Shown: piece by piece, positions 29,656-39,157 of the stretch
Numbering within the stretch: the first letter of the stretch is position 1
How the letters are laid out: every line of letters starts with the position of its first letter
Source of the DNA: an uncultured delta proteobacterium
GTDB lineage: Bacteria > Myxococcota > Myxococcia > Myxococcales > Myxococcaceae
NCBI GenBank assembly: GCA_963796055.1
Contig: CAWCKH010000004.1
Coordinates: forward strand, 2,464,001-2,528,000
Length of the DNA stretch: 64,000 nucleotides
Direction of reading: 5' to 3'
Program-made: the position numbers and the translations under genes
Notes under the pieces: model-generated
What the model was told of the DNA's origin: nothing
The model's input: the letters and a program-made list of their open reading frames with translations, nothing else
Database searches by the model: none

Positions 29656-30767
29656 GGATGCTGATCGCCGGCGGCGGGACTGGAGGGCATCTGTTTCCCG
29701 GCATCGCCCTGGCGGAGGAGGTCACCACCCGGCATCCGGACAACCGGGTGCTCTTCGTGGGCACCACCCGTGGGCTCGAGGCGCGGGTGGTCCCCGCGGC
29801 GGGCTTCCAGCTGGAGACAATCCAGGTGCGCGGATTGAAGGGGATGGGGCTCCTCCGGAGCCTCCAGGCCCTCCTCCTGCTCCCCTTCTCCTTCCTCGAC
29901 AGCTGGCGCATCGTCGGCCGCTTCCGGCCGGACGTGGTGGTGGGCGTGGGCGGCTATGCCTCCGGCCCGGTGGTGCTCGCCGCGTGGATGCGCGGGATCG
30001 CCACCGCGATCCAGGAGCAGAATGCGCTGCCGGGTTTCACCAACCGGGTACTGGGGCGGCTCGTCCGCGCGGTGTTCATCGCCTTCGAGCAGGCGCGCGC
30101 CGCGTTTCCGCCCCGGAAGACGTTCCTGGTGGGCAATCCAGTCCGACGCAAGCTGATGGACAACTACCTCCGCAGCCGACCCACGGTGTCCGACGGGCGC
30201 TTCCGGCTGCTGGTGGTCGGTGGTTCGCTGGGGGCCCGGGGGCTGAACACCCGGATGCTGGAGGCGCTGCCGCACCTCGGGGACCTTGGTGAGCGGATCG
30301 ACATCGTGCACCAGACCGGAATGGCGGATCTGGAGAGGGTGAAGGCGCTCTATGCCGCCGCGGGGGTGGCCGCGGAGGTGGTGCCCTTCGTCGACGACAT
30401 GTCCGCCGCCTACGCCCGTGCGTCCCTGGTGCTCTGCCGCGCAGGGGCGACGACGGTGGCCGAGCTGACCATCTGCAAGAAGGCGTCGATCCTCGTTCCC
30501 TTCCCCTTTGCCACCGGGGACCACCAAGCGATCAACGCCACGGCGCTGGTGGAGGCCGGGGCGGCGCTGATGTTCCGCGAGGCGGAGCTCACCGGCGAGA
30601 TGCTGGCCAGGGAGCTCCGGCGGCTGGCGGGCGAGCCGGAGACGCTACAGCGGATGGAGCGCGCGGCAGGCCACCTCGGCCGGCCGGAGGCCGCGCGCGA
30701 GCTGGTGGACCTCTGCGCCGAGCTGATGGGCCCACCCGCGGGCCGCGGGCAGGTGGTCCCCCGATGA
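29652..30767 (+). CDS. murG: Lipid II GlcNAc transferase MurG
   Basis: [38 protein letters not shown]. Confidence 0.96.
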   Translation: MRMLIAGGGTGGHLFPGIALAEEVTTRHPDNRVLFVGTTRGLEARVVPAAGFQLETIQVRGLKGMGLLRSLQALLLLPFSFLDSWRIVGRFRPDVVVGVGGYASGPVVLAAWMRGIATAIQEQNALPGFTNRVLGRLVRAVFIAFEQARAAFPPRKTFLVGNPVRRKLMDNYLRSRPTVSDGRFRLLVVGGSLGARGLNTRMLEALPHLGDLGERIDIVHQTGMADLERVKALYAAAGVAAEVVPFVDDMSAAYARASLVLCRAGATTVAELTICKKASILVPFPFATGDHQAINATALVEAGAALMFREAELTGEMLARELRRLAGEPETLQRMERAAGHLGRPEAARELVDLCAELMGPPAGRGQVVPR

Positions 30768-32191
30768 CCCGGCGCGCGCCGGTGGTGAGCCTCTTCAAGA
30801 CCCGTCACGCGGCGCGGGTGCACTTCGTGGGCATCGGCGGAATCGGGATGAGCGGCATCGCCGAGGTGCTGATCAACCTTGGGTACCGGATCAGCGGCTC
30901 GGACCTGCGCGAATCCGAGACCACGCGGCGCCTCCAGCGCCTGGGGGCGAGGCTGGAGATCGGCCACCGTGAGGAGAACCTGGTTCACGCCGACGTGGTG
31001 GTCATCTCCTCGGCGATCCGGCGGGACAACCCCGAGGTGCTCGCCGCGCAGGCGCGGAAGATCCCGGTCATTCCCCGGGCCGAGATGCTGGCCGAGCTGA
31101 TGCGGCTCAAGTACGCGGTCGCCGTCGCCGGCAGCCACGGGAAGACCACCACCACCTCGATGGTGGCCACGGTGATGAACGCCGCCGGTCTGGACCCCAC
31201 CGCGGTGGTGGGGGGCAAGGTCAACGTGCTGGGCAGCAATGCCAAGCTGGGCAAGTCGGATCTCATGGTGGTGGAGGCCGACGAGTCCGATGGGAGCTTC
31301 CTCAAGCTTCACCCCAGCATCGCGGTGGTGACCAACATCGACCCCGAGCACCTGGACCACTTCGGGAGCCTGGAGGCGCTCCGGAACGCCTTCGTCGAGT
31401 TTTGCAACCGGGTCCCTTTCTACGGGCTCAACGTGCTGTGTCTCGATCACCCGAACGTGCAGGCGCTGCTGCCACAGATCGGCAAGCGGGTCGTGACCTA
31501 CGGGAGCTCCCACACCGCGGACTACCGGCTGGAGGGCGTGACGCTCGACGGGTTCTCCACCCGGTTCCACGCCTTCCGCCACGAGCAGGCGCTCGGCGAG
31601 TTCACGGTACGGATGGTGGGCGCCCACAACGCGATGAACGCGCTGGCGGTCATTGCGGTCGCCGAGGAGATGGAGATTCCACTGTCCGTCGTTCGCCCGG
31701 CGCTGGCCGAATTTGCGGGCGTCCAGAGGCGGTTCACGGTGCGGGGCGAGGCGCGGGGCATCATGGTGGTGGACGACTACGGGCACCACCCCGCCGAGGT
31801 GATGGCCACGCTGGCGGGCGCGCGCCGGGCCTTCGGTCGGCGGCTGGTGGTGATCTTCCAGCCGCACCGGTACACGCGCACTCGCGATCTCCTGTCCGAG
31901 TTCGCCACCGCCTTCAACGACGCCGACGCCCTCGTGGTGCTCGGCATCTACGCGGCGAGCGAGGACCCCATCCCGGGCATCTCGGGGGACGCGCTGGCCC
32001 AGGCCATCCGGAGCCACGGGCACCGGGACGTGACCTACGTGGAACGCCGGGCCGACGCTGCCGCGGCGCTCCTTCCCCGGCTGCGCGAGGGAGACCTGGT
32101 CCTGACGCTTGGCGCCGGAGACGTGACGCAGGTCGGCCCGGAGCTGCTCCAGCTGCTCGAGCCGGCTCACGGTGAGGCCGGCTCGGCGTGA
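30764..32191 (+). CDS. murC: UDP-MurNAc:L-Ala ligase MurC
   Basis: [41 protein letters not shown]. Confidence 0.97.
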   Translation: MTRRAPVVSLFKTRHAARVHFVGIGGIGMSGIAEVLINLGYRISGSDLRESETTRRLQRLGARLEIGHREENLVHADVVVISSAIRRDNPEVLAAQARKIPVIPRAEMLAELMRLKYAVAVAGSHGKTTTTSMVATVMNAAGLDPTAVVGGKVNVLGSNAKLGKSDLMVVEADESDGSFLKLHPSIAVVTNIDPEHLDHFGSLEALRNAFVEFCNRVPFYGLNVLCLDHPNVQALLPQIGKRVVTYGSSHTADYRLEGVTLDGFSTRFHAFRHEQALGEFTVRMVGAHNAMNALAVIAVAEEMEIPLSVVRPALAEFAGVQRRFTVRGEARGIMVVDDYGHHPAEVMATLAGARRAFGRRLVVIFQPHRYTRTRDLLSEFATAFNDADALVVLGIYAASEDPIPGISGDALAQAIRSHGHRDVTYVERRADAAAALLPRLREGDLVLTLGAGDVTQVGPELLQLLEPAHGEAGSA

Positions 32192-32218
32192 GCCGGGGAC
32201 CGTCGATCGGCTGAACGC

Positions 32219-32278
32219 GCAACCTTGGGGTTGCATACCGGCGGTCGGGTGTGCATATTGGGGCAACCAGGAGGTTGC
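32219..32278. promoter_or_regulatory. Two GCAACC-N4-GGTTGC palindromes, candidate ArsR operator
   Basis: Perfect inverted repeats at 32219-32234 and 32263-32278, the second abutting the SRPBCC start. Confidence 0.75.
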
Positions 32279-32280
32279 AC

Positions 32281-32757
32281 ATGACAGACACCATCCCTGA
32301 CCGCATCGAGAAGAAGATCGTCCTTCGCGCGCCCCGCTCCCGCGTCTGGAAGGCCCTGACCGACGCCCGGGAGTTCAACCAGTGGTTCCGCGTGGCCCTC
32401 GCAGGGGAGTTCCGCGCCGGGCAGCGCATCGCTGGACCGGTCACCAAACCTGGCTACGAATACCTCACGATGGAGGCCTGGGTGGAGCGCATGGAGCCGG
32501 AAGCACTGTTCTCCTTTCGCTGGCATCCGTTCGCCATCGAGCGCGGAGTGGACTACTCGAAGGAGCCGACCACCACCGTCGAGTTCCGGCTCGAGGAGGT
32601 CCCGGAGGGAACGCTGCTCACGGTGACCGAGACGGGCTTCCAGCGACTCCCGGTGGCCCGGCGAGGCCCAGCGCACGAGGCGAACTCCGGTGGTTGGGAC
32701 ATCCAGCTCAAGAACATCGAACGGCATGTCACTGAGCACCCGTCACCGCGGGCCTGA
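32281..32757 (+). CDS. SRPBCC/AHSA1 (START-like) domain protein
   Basis: APRSRVWKALTD…WF, GTLLTVTETGF, GW. Confidence 0.88.
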   Translation: MTDTIPDRIEKKIVLRAPRSRVWKALTDAREFNQWFRVALAGEFRAGQRIAGPVTKPGYEYLTMEAWVERMEPEALFSFRWHPFAIERGVDYSKEPTTTVEFRLEEVPEGTLLTVTETGFQRLPVARRGPAHEANSGGWDIQLKNIERHVTEHPSPRA

Positions 32758-33061
32758 CCCGAGCCCGGTCTTCGCCGCGCTGGGGGACCCGACCCGCATG
32801 GCGCTCGTCCGGCGCCTGTCTGCCGAGGGGGCGCTCTCGGTCACCGCGCTCACCGTGGGCACGCGCATCTCGCGACAGGCCGTGACCAAGCACCTCGGCG
32901 TGCTCGCCCGTGCCGGGCTGGTGGAGAGCGAGCGAGCCGGCCGTGAGCGACTCTGGGCGCTCGCACCCGGGCAGCTCGACGAGGCCCGGCGCGCCCTGGA
33001 GCAGATCTCCCGCGATTGGGATGCCGCCCTGGGTCGGCTCCGCAGGCTCGTCGAGCGCTGA
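32726..33061 (+). CDS. ArsR/SmtB-family transcriptional regulator
   Basis: FAALGDPTR, SRQAVTKHL.VL..AGLV, GRER. Confidence 0.9.
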   Translation: MSLSTRHRGPDPSPVFAALGDPTRMALVRRLSAEGALSVTALTVGTRISRQAVTKHLGVLARAGLVESERAGRERLWALAPGQLDEARRALEQISRDWDAALGRLRRLVER

Positions 33062-33168
33062 GCGGCCTTCCGGTCACGGCTGGACGCTGTCGCCAAGGCG
33101 GTGCTTGACCCTTCCGCCATCGGACGGCACAACACCCGCCCCCGCAGGAGGGGATGAAGGAGGGTGCC

Positions 33169-34371
33169 ATGAGCGAGAGGTCGAGGGTGACGCGAGTATT
33201 CGCCGGGTGCGCGATGCTGGCCCTGGCCAGCTGTGGCGCTGGCGCCGATTGGACGAGCGCGACGACGCACTCCGACGCGGTGGCCTCCGACCGGGAGGCC
33301 CTGAAGAGCAGCGCCACGCCGACGGTGACGCCGCAGACCAGCGGGACCACCGCCGGGCTCATCGCCATCAGCGCGGTGAACGCGCGGGTGGCATGGGCGG
33401 TCGGGCGGTTCGGGACCTACGTGATCACCACCGACGGCGGGAAGACCTGGCACCCCGGCGTGGTGCCCGGAGCCGAGGCGCTCCAGTTCCGGGACGTGGA
33501 GGCGGTGAGCGAGAAGGTGGCGTACCTCCTCTCGCTGCCGACTGCGACGGTCGCGCCTCGCATCTACAAGACGGTCGACGGCGGGAAGACGTGGAAGATC
33601 CAGTTCGAGGCGCCAGACGTCAGCTATTTCTACGACTGCTTCGCGTTCTGGGAGCCCTCGAGCGGCCTCACCATGGCCGACTCCCTCAATGGCGAGTTCC
33701 CGGTCATCCGGACATTCGACGGCGGCAAGACCTGGCGCGACATCGGTGACCGGGTGCCGGCTCCGCTCCCCGGAGAGGCCGGATTCGCTTCCAGCGGGAC
33801 CTGCGCCGCCACCCAGGGGCACCGGCGCGCCTGGCTCACCACCGGTGGCACCGGCATCACGCGGGTCTTCTACAGCACCGACCGCGGCCAGACCTGGGGC
33901 GCGACCACCGCGCCGATCACCGCCGGCACCCAGGCGGCAGGCGGGGGGTTCAGCATCGCCTTCCGGGATGCGCGGCACGGGATCCTCGGCGGCGGGGATC
34001 TCGCCGCGGGCGACGGAGTCATCGTGGACAACATCGCCCGCTCGAGCGACGGCGGACGGACCTGGGTGGCCGGGACGAGCGCCCCCATCCCCGGCGCGAT
34101 CTACGGGCTGGCCTACGCTGGCAACGGGAAGGGCGAGGGCGGCGGGCACGACGACGACGAAGGCGAGAACGAGCATGGCAAGGGACACGGCGGCAGCGGG
34201 TCCATCCGCGTGGTCGCCACCGCGCCCACCGGAACCGCCTGGTCGCCCGACGAGGGCCGGAGCTGGACGACCATCGCTGGCCTCGCCGGGCTGTGGGCCG
34301 TGGACTTCGGCAGCGAGCGGACGGGCTGGCTGGTCGGGACCAACGGGCAGATCGTCCGCATTGACTTCTGA
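33169..34371 (+). CDS. Exported BNR/Asp-box beta-propeller protein (Ycf48/YVTN-like), possible lipoprotein
   Basis: LALASC lipobox; repeated T.DGGKTW / S.DGGRTW Asp-boxes. Confidence 0.85.
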   Translation: MSERSRVTRVFAGCAMLALASCGAGADWTSATTHSDAVASDREALKSSATPTVTPQTSGTTAGLIAISAVNARVAWAVGRFGTYVITTDGGKTWHPGVVPGAEALQFRDVEAVSEKVAYLLSLPTATVAPRIYKTVDGGKTWKIQFEAPDVSYFYDCFAFWEPSSGLTMADSLNGEFPVIRTFDGGKTWRDIGDRVPAPLPGEAGFASSGTCAATQGHRRAWLTTGGTGITRVFYSTDRGQTWGATTAPITAGTQAAGGGFSIAFRDARHGILGGGDLAAGDGVIVDNIARSSDGGRTWVAGTSAPIPGAIYGLAYAGNGKGEGGGHDDDEGENEHGKGHGGSGSIRVVATAPTGTAWSPDEGRSWTTIAGLAGLWAVDFGSERTGWLVGTNGQIVRIDF

Positions 34372-34500
34372 GCGCGGTCGACGGCGGCGCTGCGCTTCAC
34401 GCCCGCTCGGGACGAGAACGCGGACGAGTTCGGCTGGCCGGGCATTGTCGACGCCCTGGCGGGGGCGTCGGCGCGGCTCACCCCGGAGGAGCGAGCGTCA
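34372..34500 (+). pseudogene. Short coding-like remnant resembling an ArnT/GT39-type C-terminal segment
   Basis: Startless reading ADEFGWPGIVDALAGASARLTPEERA between two convergent stops; resemblance from memory only. Confidence 0.35.
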
Positions 34501-35124
34501 CTTGACGATCGACCTCGCCGCCGCGAGTCCGAGCAGCATCGCCGCGGCCAGGAGGAGCAAGCCTCCCAGCCCTCGCAAGGTGCGGAGGGTCGCCGCGCGC
34601 TCGGCCCGGACCCGCCGGCCGGCGACCATGGCCGCCGAGGTCGTGACCCCGAGCTCGAGGGTGATGAACGTCGATGCCAGGATGCCAAGCTGCACTGGCA
34701 CCGAGCGGCCCGGATGGACGAACTGCGGAAGCACCGCACCGAAGAAGAGGATCGCCTTCGGATTCGTCCAGACCAGGAGGAACCCCCGGCCGAACGGGCC
34801 GACCCTGGGCGGTCCGGCGCTGGCATGCGGCGCGGTGGCTCTCTCGCGCCAGAGCTGGACGCCGCTCCAGCCCAGGTAGACGGCTCCGGCGAGCTGCATC
34901 CCGACCAGGAGCGCGGGTGCCCGGGACAGTGCGCTGCCGACCCCGGCCATCGCCGTGGCCACCATCGCCGCGATGCCCAGGGCGTTGCCGAGCACCATCG
35001 GAAGGGTGGCCCGCACGCCGCGCGCGATGGCGTGCCCGACGATGGCGAGCATGGTGGGGCCGGGAGTGAGGACGGCGATCGCGGAGAGAGCGACGAAGGC
35101 CAGCCAGGGACCGAGGGCGATCAT
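34498..35124 (-). CDS. LysE/RhtB family exporter
   Basis: TPGP, GAVYLGW.G, NPKAILFF…PQF. Confidence 0.9.
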   Translation of the reverse strand: MIALGPWLAFVALSAIAVLTPGPTMLAIVGHAIARGVRATLPMVLGNALGIAAMVATAMAGVGSALSRAPALLVGMQLAGAVYLGWSGVQLWRERATAPHASAGPPRVGPFGRGFLLVWTNPKAILFFGAVLPQFVHPGRSVPVQLGILASTFITLELGVTTSAAMVAGRRVRAERAATLRTLRGLGGLLLLAAAMLLGLAAARSIVK

Positions 35125-35672
35125 CGCTCGGCGTCTCGACGCCAGCCGCCGCGGAAGGCCGTCTCCTCGAGTGGGCGGCGGGTCTGTGGCGGGAGAGGCT
35201 CCTCCAGCGGCCAGCCCACCGCGGTCACCGTCATGGGCTCGAGACCGGGGGGAGCGGCGAGGGCATCGCGGAGCCGTCCGGGGTCGAAGCCCGCCATCGA
35301 GTGGACGGCGAGGCCGGAGAAGACGGCCTGGAGCGCCAGCTGGGCGGTCGCCAGGCCGAGGTCGTGCTCCGCCCAGCGGTTCGGCCGGCCGCCACGGCCG
35401 TGGCGCGTGAAGAATCCGACCACCAGCCCCGAGGCGTCCTTCGCCCAGGCCGCGTTGGGGGGATCGAGCGCCTCGAGGATCCGCGGGAAGGCGGCGTCCC
35501 CTCGCAGCGCCCAGGCGAAGCGCCAGGGCTGCAGGTTGTAGCTGGAGGGGGCCAGCTGGGCGGCTCCGAGGAGAGCGAGGGCCTGCTCGGGGGAGAGGTG
35601 ACGCGCGGAGTCGAACCGTTCGTGGCTCCGCCGGGCCAGGATGGCGGGGAGGAGGGGAGGGAGGGGTGTCAT
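35121..35672 (-). CDS. Nitroreductase family protein
   Basis: RRS..RF, APSSYNLQPWRF, HSMAGFD. Confidence 0.9.
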   Translation of the reverse strand: MTPLPPLLPAILARRSHERFDSARHLSPEQALALLGAAQLAPSSYNLQPWRFAWALRGDAAFPRILEALDPPNAAWAKDASGLVVGFFTRHGRGGRPNRWAEHDLGLATAQLALQAVFSGLAVHSMAGFDPGRLRDALAAPPGLEPMTVTAVGWPLEEPLPPQTRRPLEETAFRGGWRRDAER

Positions 35673-35726
35673 GTCCTTTCCCTGTGCGCTGGACGGCCGA
35701 GCGTCGAGGTCGTACTTCTCCCGTGC

Positions 35727-35743
35727 TGTGAGCTCCTCTCACA
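35727..35743. promoter_or_regulatory. LysR box TGTGAG-N5-CTCACA overlapping the LysR start
   Basis: Perfect palindrome containing T-N11-A at the nitroreductase/LysR divergent junction. Confidence 0.65.
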
Positions 35744-36666
35744 GGACGACCCGCCGGCGGCGCCTCCCTCCGCTCAATGCAGCGCGGGCCTTCGAGGCCT
35801 GCGCCCGTCTCGGCTCGACCGTGGCGGCCGCGGCCGAGCTGGGAGTGACGCACGGCGCGGTGAGCAAGCAGATTGCGGTGCTGGAGAGCTGGCTCGGCGT
35901 TCCGCTCTTCGAGCGGGGTGGGGCCCGTCTCCTCCCGACGCCCGCGGCTGCGCGGTACGCGTTCGCCCTCTCCGCGGCGCTGGACGCCGTCGAGCGAGGC
36001 ACGGAGGCCATGCAGGCGACGGATTCGGAGAGCCCGGACCTGGTGCGGGTGAGCACCACCGGGTCGGTCGCGGCGCTGTGGCTCATCCCCCGGCTGGCCT
36101 CGTTCCGCGCCCAGCACCCGGGCATCGAGGTGTGGGTCTCCGAGAGCCGGGAGCTCGTCCCCCTCGGACAGCCCGGCGGGCCGGAGCTGGCGATCCGCCT
36201 CGGGCGCGGGCCGTGGCCCGGGGCTCGGGCCGAGCCGCTGATGGACGACGCGGTGGTCGCGGTGTGCGCGCCCTCGGTCGCCGCCCGGCTCCGCGCTCCG
36301 GAGGACCTGGCGCAGGTGACCCTGCTCCATGACGAGGACCCGCGCGTGTCCTGGCCCGCCTGGCTGGAGGTCGCGGGACTGGGACATCCGCGCTGGGCCT
36401 CCCGCGGTCCCCGGCTCGCCGACGGCGCCCTGGTGCTCCAGGCTGCACGCGCGGGACAGGGCGTGGCGCTGAGCCGGCGCCGTCTCGCCGCGGGCCAGCT
36501 GCGGACCGGGGCGCTGGTCCAGCCCTTTCCGACCCGCCTGCCTCTCGGGTCGAGCTACTGGCTGGTGCGTCCCCCCCGGGGGGTACGCCTCAGCACGGCC
36601 GCGGAGAAGTTCGCCCGCTGGATGCGGGAGATCGCCCGAGCCGAGGACCCGGGTGGTGAGGGCTGA
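35728..36666 (+). CDS. LysR-family regulator (GcvA-like)
   Basis: LPPLNAARAFEA, AAAELGVTHGAVSKQI..LE.WLGVPLFER; start estimated. Confidence 0.92.
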   Translation: MSSSHRTTRRRRLPPLNAARAFEACARLGSTVAAAAELGVTHGAVSKQIAVLESWLGVPLFERGGARLLPTPAAARYAFALSAALDAVERGTEAMQATDSESPDLVRVSTTGSVAALWLIPRLASFRAQHPGIEVWVSESRELVPLGQPGGPELAIRLGRGPWPGARAEPLMDDAVVAVCAPSVAARLRAPEDLAQVTLLHDEDPRVSWPAWLEVAGLGHPRWASRGPRLADGALVLQAARAGQGVALSRRRLAAGQLRTGALVQPFPTRLPLGSSYWLVRPPRGVRLSTAAEKFARWMREIARAEDPGGEG

Positions 36667-36670
36667 TGCC

Positions 36671-37030
36671 TCACGCGGCGAGGCTCACGCCGAGGGCGAG
36701 CAGCGCGGGCAGTCCCTGGACGACCAGGATCCGGCGGGAGGCCGTCGCCGCTCCGAACACCGCGGCGATGAGGACGCAGACGAGGAAGAAGAGCCGCAGC
36801 TGTCCAGCCAGCGACTCGGCGGCCACCAGGCTCCAGACGAGCCCCGCGGCGAGAAACCCGTTGTACAGCCCCTGGTTCGCAGCGAGCGGCGCGGCCTGGG
36901 CCGCGAACTCGGGGGTGGTCCCGAAGATGCGCCGGCCGGCAGGGCTCTTGAAGAGGAACATCTCCAGGATCAGGAACCCCACGTGCTCGAGCGCGACGAA
37001 CGCCACCAGGACGCTTCGGAGGAGGGGCAC
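36671..37030 (-). CDS. DUF1304 family membrane protein
   Basis: ALEH…LEMF, LAANQGLYNGFLAAGL, VQGLPA. Confidence 0.85.
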   Translation of the reverse strand: MPLLRSVLVAFVALEHVGFLILEMFLFKSPAGRRIFGTTPEFAAQAAPLAANQGLYNGFLAAGLVWSLVAAESLAGQLRLFFLVCVLIAAVFGAATASRRILVVQGLPALLALGVSLAA

Positions 37031-37123
37031 GGAGGCATGCTGGTCCCACCCCGGCGCACCCGTCCAGGAGAACCCGCCGGGATTCTGCGTCCGGCGCCTC
37101 CATCTGGTTCTCAGAAGGGGCTC

Positions 37124-38056
37124 TTGACCGCCCCTTCCACCCCGTCGGCCGGCGCCGCCCTCCTCACCGGCCTCGCCGCGGATGCGACGCCGGGGGAGTC
37201 CCTCGCGCCGTGGACCAGCCTGCGGGTGGGCGGCCCGGCCGAGCTGCTGGTCCGACCCCGCACCCCCGACGCGCTCCTGGCCCTGCTCGCCCGCGCCCGG
37301 GCGGAGGGGGTTCCGGTCCACGTGCTCGGCGGTGGCGCCAACACCCTGGTCGGCGACCTCGGCATCCCCGGCATCACCCTCAAGCTGCCGGGCGACCTCT
37401 TCGCCGAGGAGGTCCAGCCCGCCCGCTCCGGCGGTGGGCTGGTGACGCTCGGGGCCGGTGCGGCCATCGTCCGGCTGGTCAACGCGATGCGGGCCCGCGG
37501 GTGGGTGGGCGCGGAGTTCCTCGCCGGCATCCCGGGGACCATCGGCGGTGCGGTGGCGATGAACGCCGGGACCAAGCATGGCGAGTGCGAGCGGGTCCTG
37601 GACGCCGTCGAGCTCGCCACCGCAGACGGCATCGGCTGGGTTCCTCGGGCCGCGCTCACCATCCGTTACCGGTACACCGAGCTCCCCGGCGGGGCGGTGC
37701 TCACCCGGGCGCGCTTTCGCCTCCCTGCGGGCGACATCGAGACCTCGCGCGCGGCGATGGACGCCGACCTGGCGTACCGGAAGCGCACCCAGCCGCTCAG
37801 CCAGCCGAACTGCGGCAGCGTCTTCCAGAATCCCCCTGGAGACCACGCCGGCCGCCTCATCGAGTCGGTCGGCCTCAAGGGGAGCGTCCTCGGCGGGGCG
37901 CAGATCTCGACGCTTCACGCCAACTGGATCGTCAACCTCGGCGGGGCCCGGGCCGCGGACGTGGTGGGGCTGATCGAGCGCGCGCGAGCGCGGGTGCGCG
38001 AGGCGACGGGCATCGTGCTCGTCCCGGAGGTGAAGCGGGTGGGAGTCTTCGCATGA
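37124..38056 (+). CDS. murB: UDP-N-acetylenolpyruvoylglucosamine reductase MurB
   Basis: RVGGPA, GIPGTIGGAVAMNAG, GSVFQNP, HANWIVN; TTG start estimated. Confidence 0.95.
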   Translation: MTAPSTPSAGAALLTGLAADATPGESLAPWTSLRVGGPAELLVRPRTPDALLALLARARAEGVPVHVLGGGANTLVGDLGIPGITLKLPGDLFAEEVQPARSGGGLVTLGAGAAIVRLVNAMRARGWVGAEFLAGIPGTIGGAVAMNAGTKHGECERVLDAVELATADGIGWVPRAALTIRYRYTELPGGAVLTRARFRLPAGDIETSRAAMDADLAYRKRTQPLSQPNCGSVFQNPPGDHAGRLIESVGLKGSVLGGAQISTLHANWIVNLGGARAADVVGLIERARARVREATGIVLVPEVKRVGVFA

Positions 38057-38973
38057 AGGACAAGCGGATCGGGGTGCTGATGGGCGGCCTCTCCGTCGAG
38101 CGGGAGGTCAGTCTACGCACCGGGGCCGGCGTCGCCGCCGCGCTCCGGAGCCTCGGCTACACCGTGGTGGAGGTCGACGTGCAGAAGGACGTGGCCGAGC
38201 GGCTCCGCGCCGAGCGTGTCGAGGTGGCCTTCATCGCCCTGCACGGCCGCTACGGCGAGGACGGGTGCATCCAGGGGCTGCTGGAGTCGATGTTCATCCC
38301 CTACACCGGCTCGGGCGTGCTCGCCTCCTCGGTGGGGATGGAGAAGGTCTTCGCCAAGCAGGTCTTCCTCGCCCACGGCATTCCCACGCCGGCCTACCGT
38401 GCATTCGACGGCGCCGAGCACGCGCTCGCCGGCGTGGAGTCGCTTCCCTTCCCCTTCCCGGTGGTGGTGAAGCCCTCGCGGGAGGGCTCGAGCGTCGGGG
38501 TCCACATCGTGCGCACCGAGGACGCGTATCCCGCGGCGGTCGAGGACGCGGCGACGCTCGCCGGCTCCATCCTGGTGGAACAATTCGTTCCCGGGCGGGA
38601 GGTGCAGGGCGCGGTGCTCGATGATGCCTCGCTCGGGGCGATCGAGATCGTCCCCGCGCACGAATTCTACGACTACGAGGCGAAGTACGCGGCCGGCAGC
38701 GGGACGAAGTACCTCTTCCCCGCGCCGCTGCCGCCGGACCAGTACGCCCGGGTGAACGAGGTCTGTCTGGCGGCGCACCGGGCCCTGGGGTGCCGCGGCG
38801 CGACCCGCTCCGACGTCATCGTCACCCCGGAGGGCGGAGTGCAGCTGCTGGAGCTGAACACCATTCCCGGGATGACGCCCACCAGCCTGCTCCCGAAGAT
38901 CGCCGCGGGCAGGGGCATCGACTACCCCCAGCTGTGCGAGCGCATCTTGCTTGGCGCGCTGCTGCAGGCGTGA
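38053..38973 (+). CDS. ddl: D-Ala-D-Ala ligase
   Basis: GG.S.EREVSL, LHGRYGEDG, GSSVG, YDYEAKY, ELNTIPG. Confidence 0.97.
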   Translation: MKDKRIGVLMGGLSVEREVSLRTGAGVAAALRSLGYTVVEVDVQKDVAERLRAERVEVAFIALHGRYGEDGCIQGLLESMFIPYTGSGVLASSVGMEKVFAKQVFLAHGIPTPAYRAFDGAEHALAGVESLPFPFPVVVKPSREGSSVGVHIVRTEDAYPAAVEDAATLAGSILVEQFVPGREVQGAVLDDASLGAIEIVPAHEFYDYEAKYAAGSGTKYLFPAPLPPDQYARVNEVCLAAHRALGCRGATRSDVIVTPEGGVQLLELNTIPGMTPTSLLPKIAAGRGIDYPQLCERILLGALLQA

Positions 38974-39157
38974 CCTCGCCCAGCGCGACCGCAGGCCTCT
39001 ACCTCACCCCGGGCAACGGCTGGCCGATGGCAGCCAGCACGCTGATGGCGCTGGCCGGGGCCCGTTGCCGCACTCGACCCGGGCAGAGGCGCCGTTACAG
39101 GCCTGTGGCCGAAAACTGGCGCGGGCGCTGATCCGGGTCGAGCATGCGCCGGATCAG

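Noticed and set aside
32192..37123. dcw insertion as an active mobile element
   Set aside because: No transposase, integrase, terminal repeats or target duplication seen; composition similar to flanks
38970..39131. 53-codon GTG ORF overlapping the ddl stop
   Set aside because: No recognisable motif and weak codon bias
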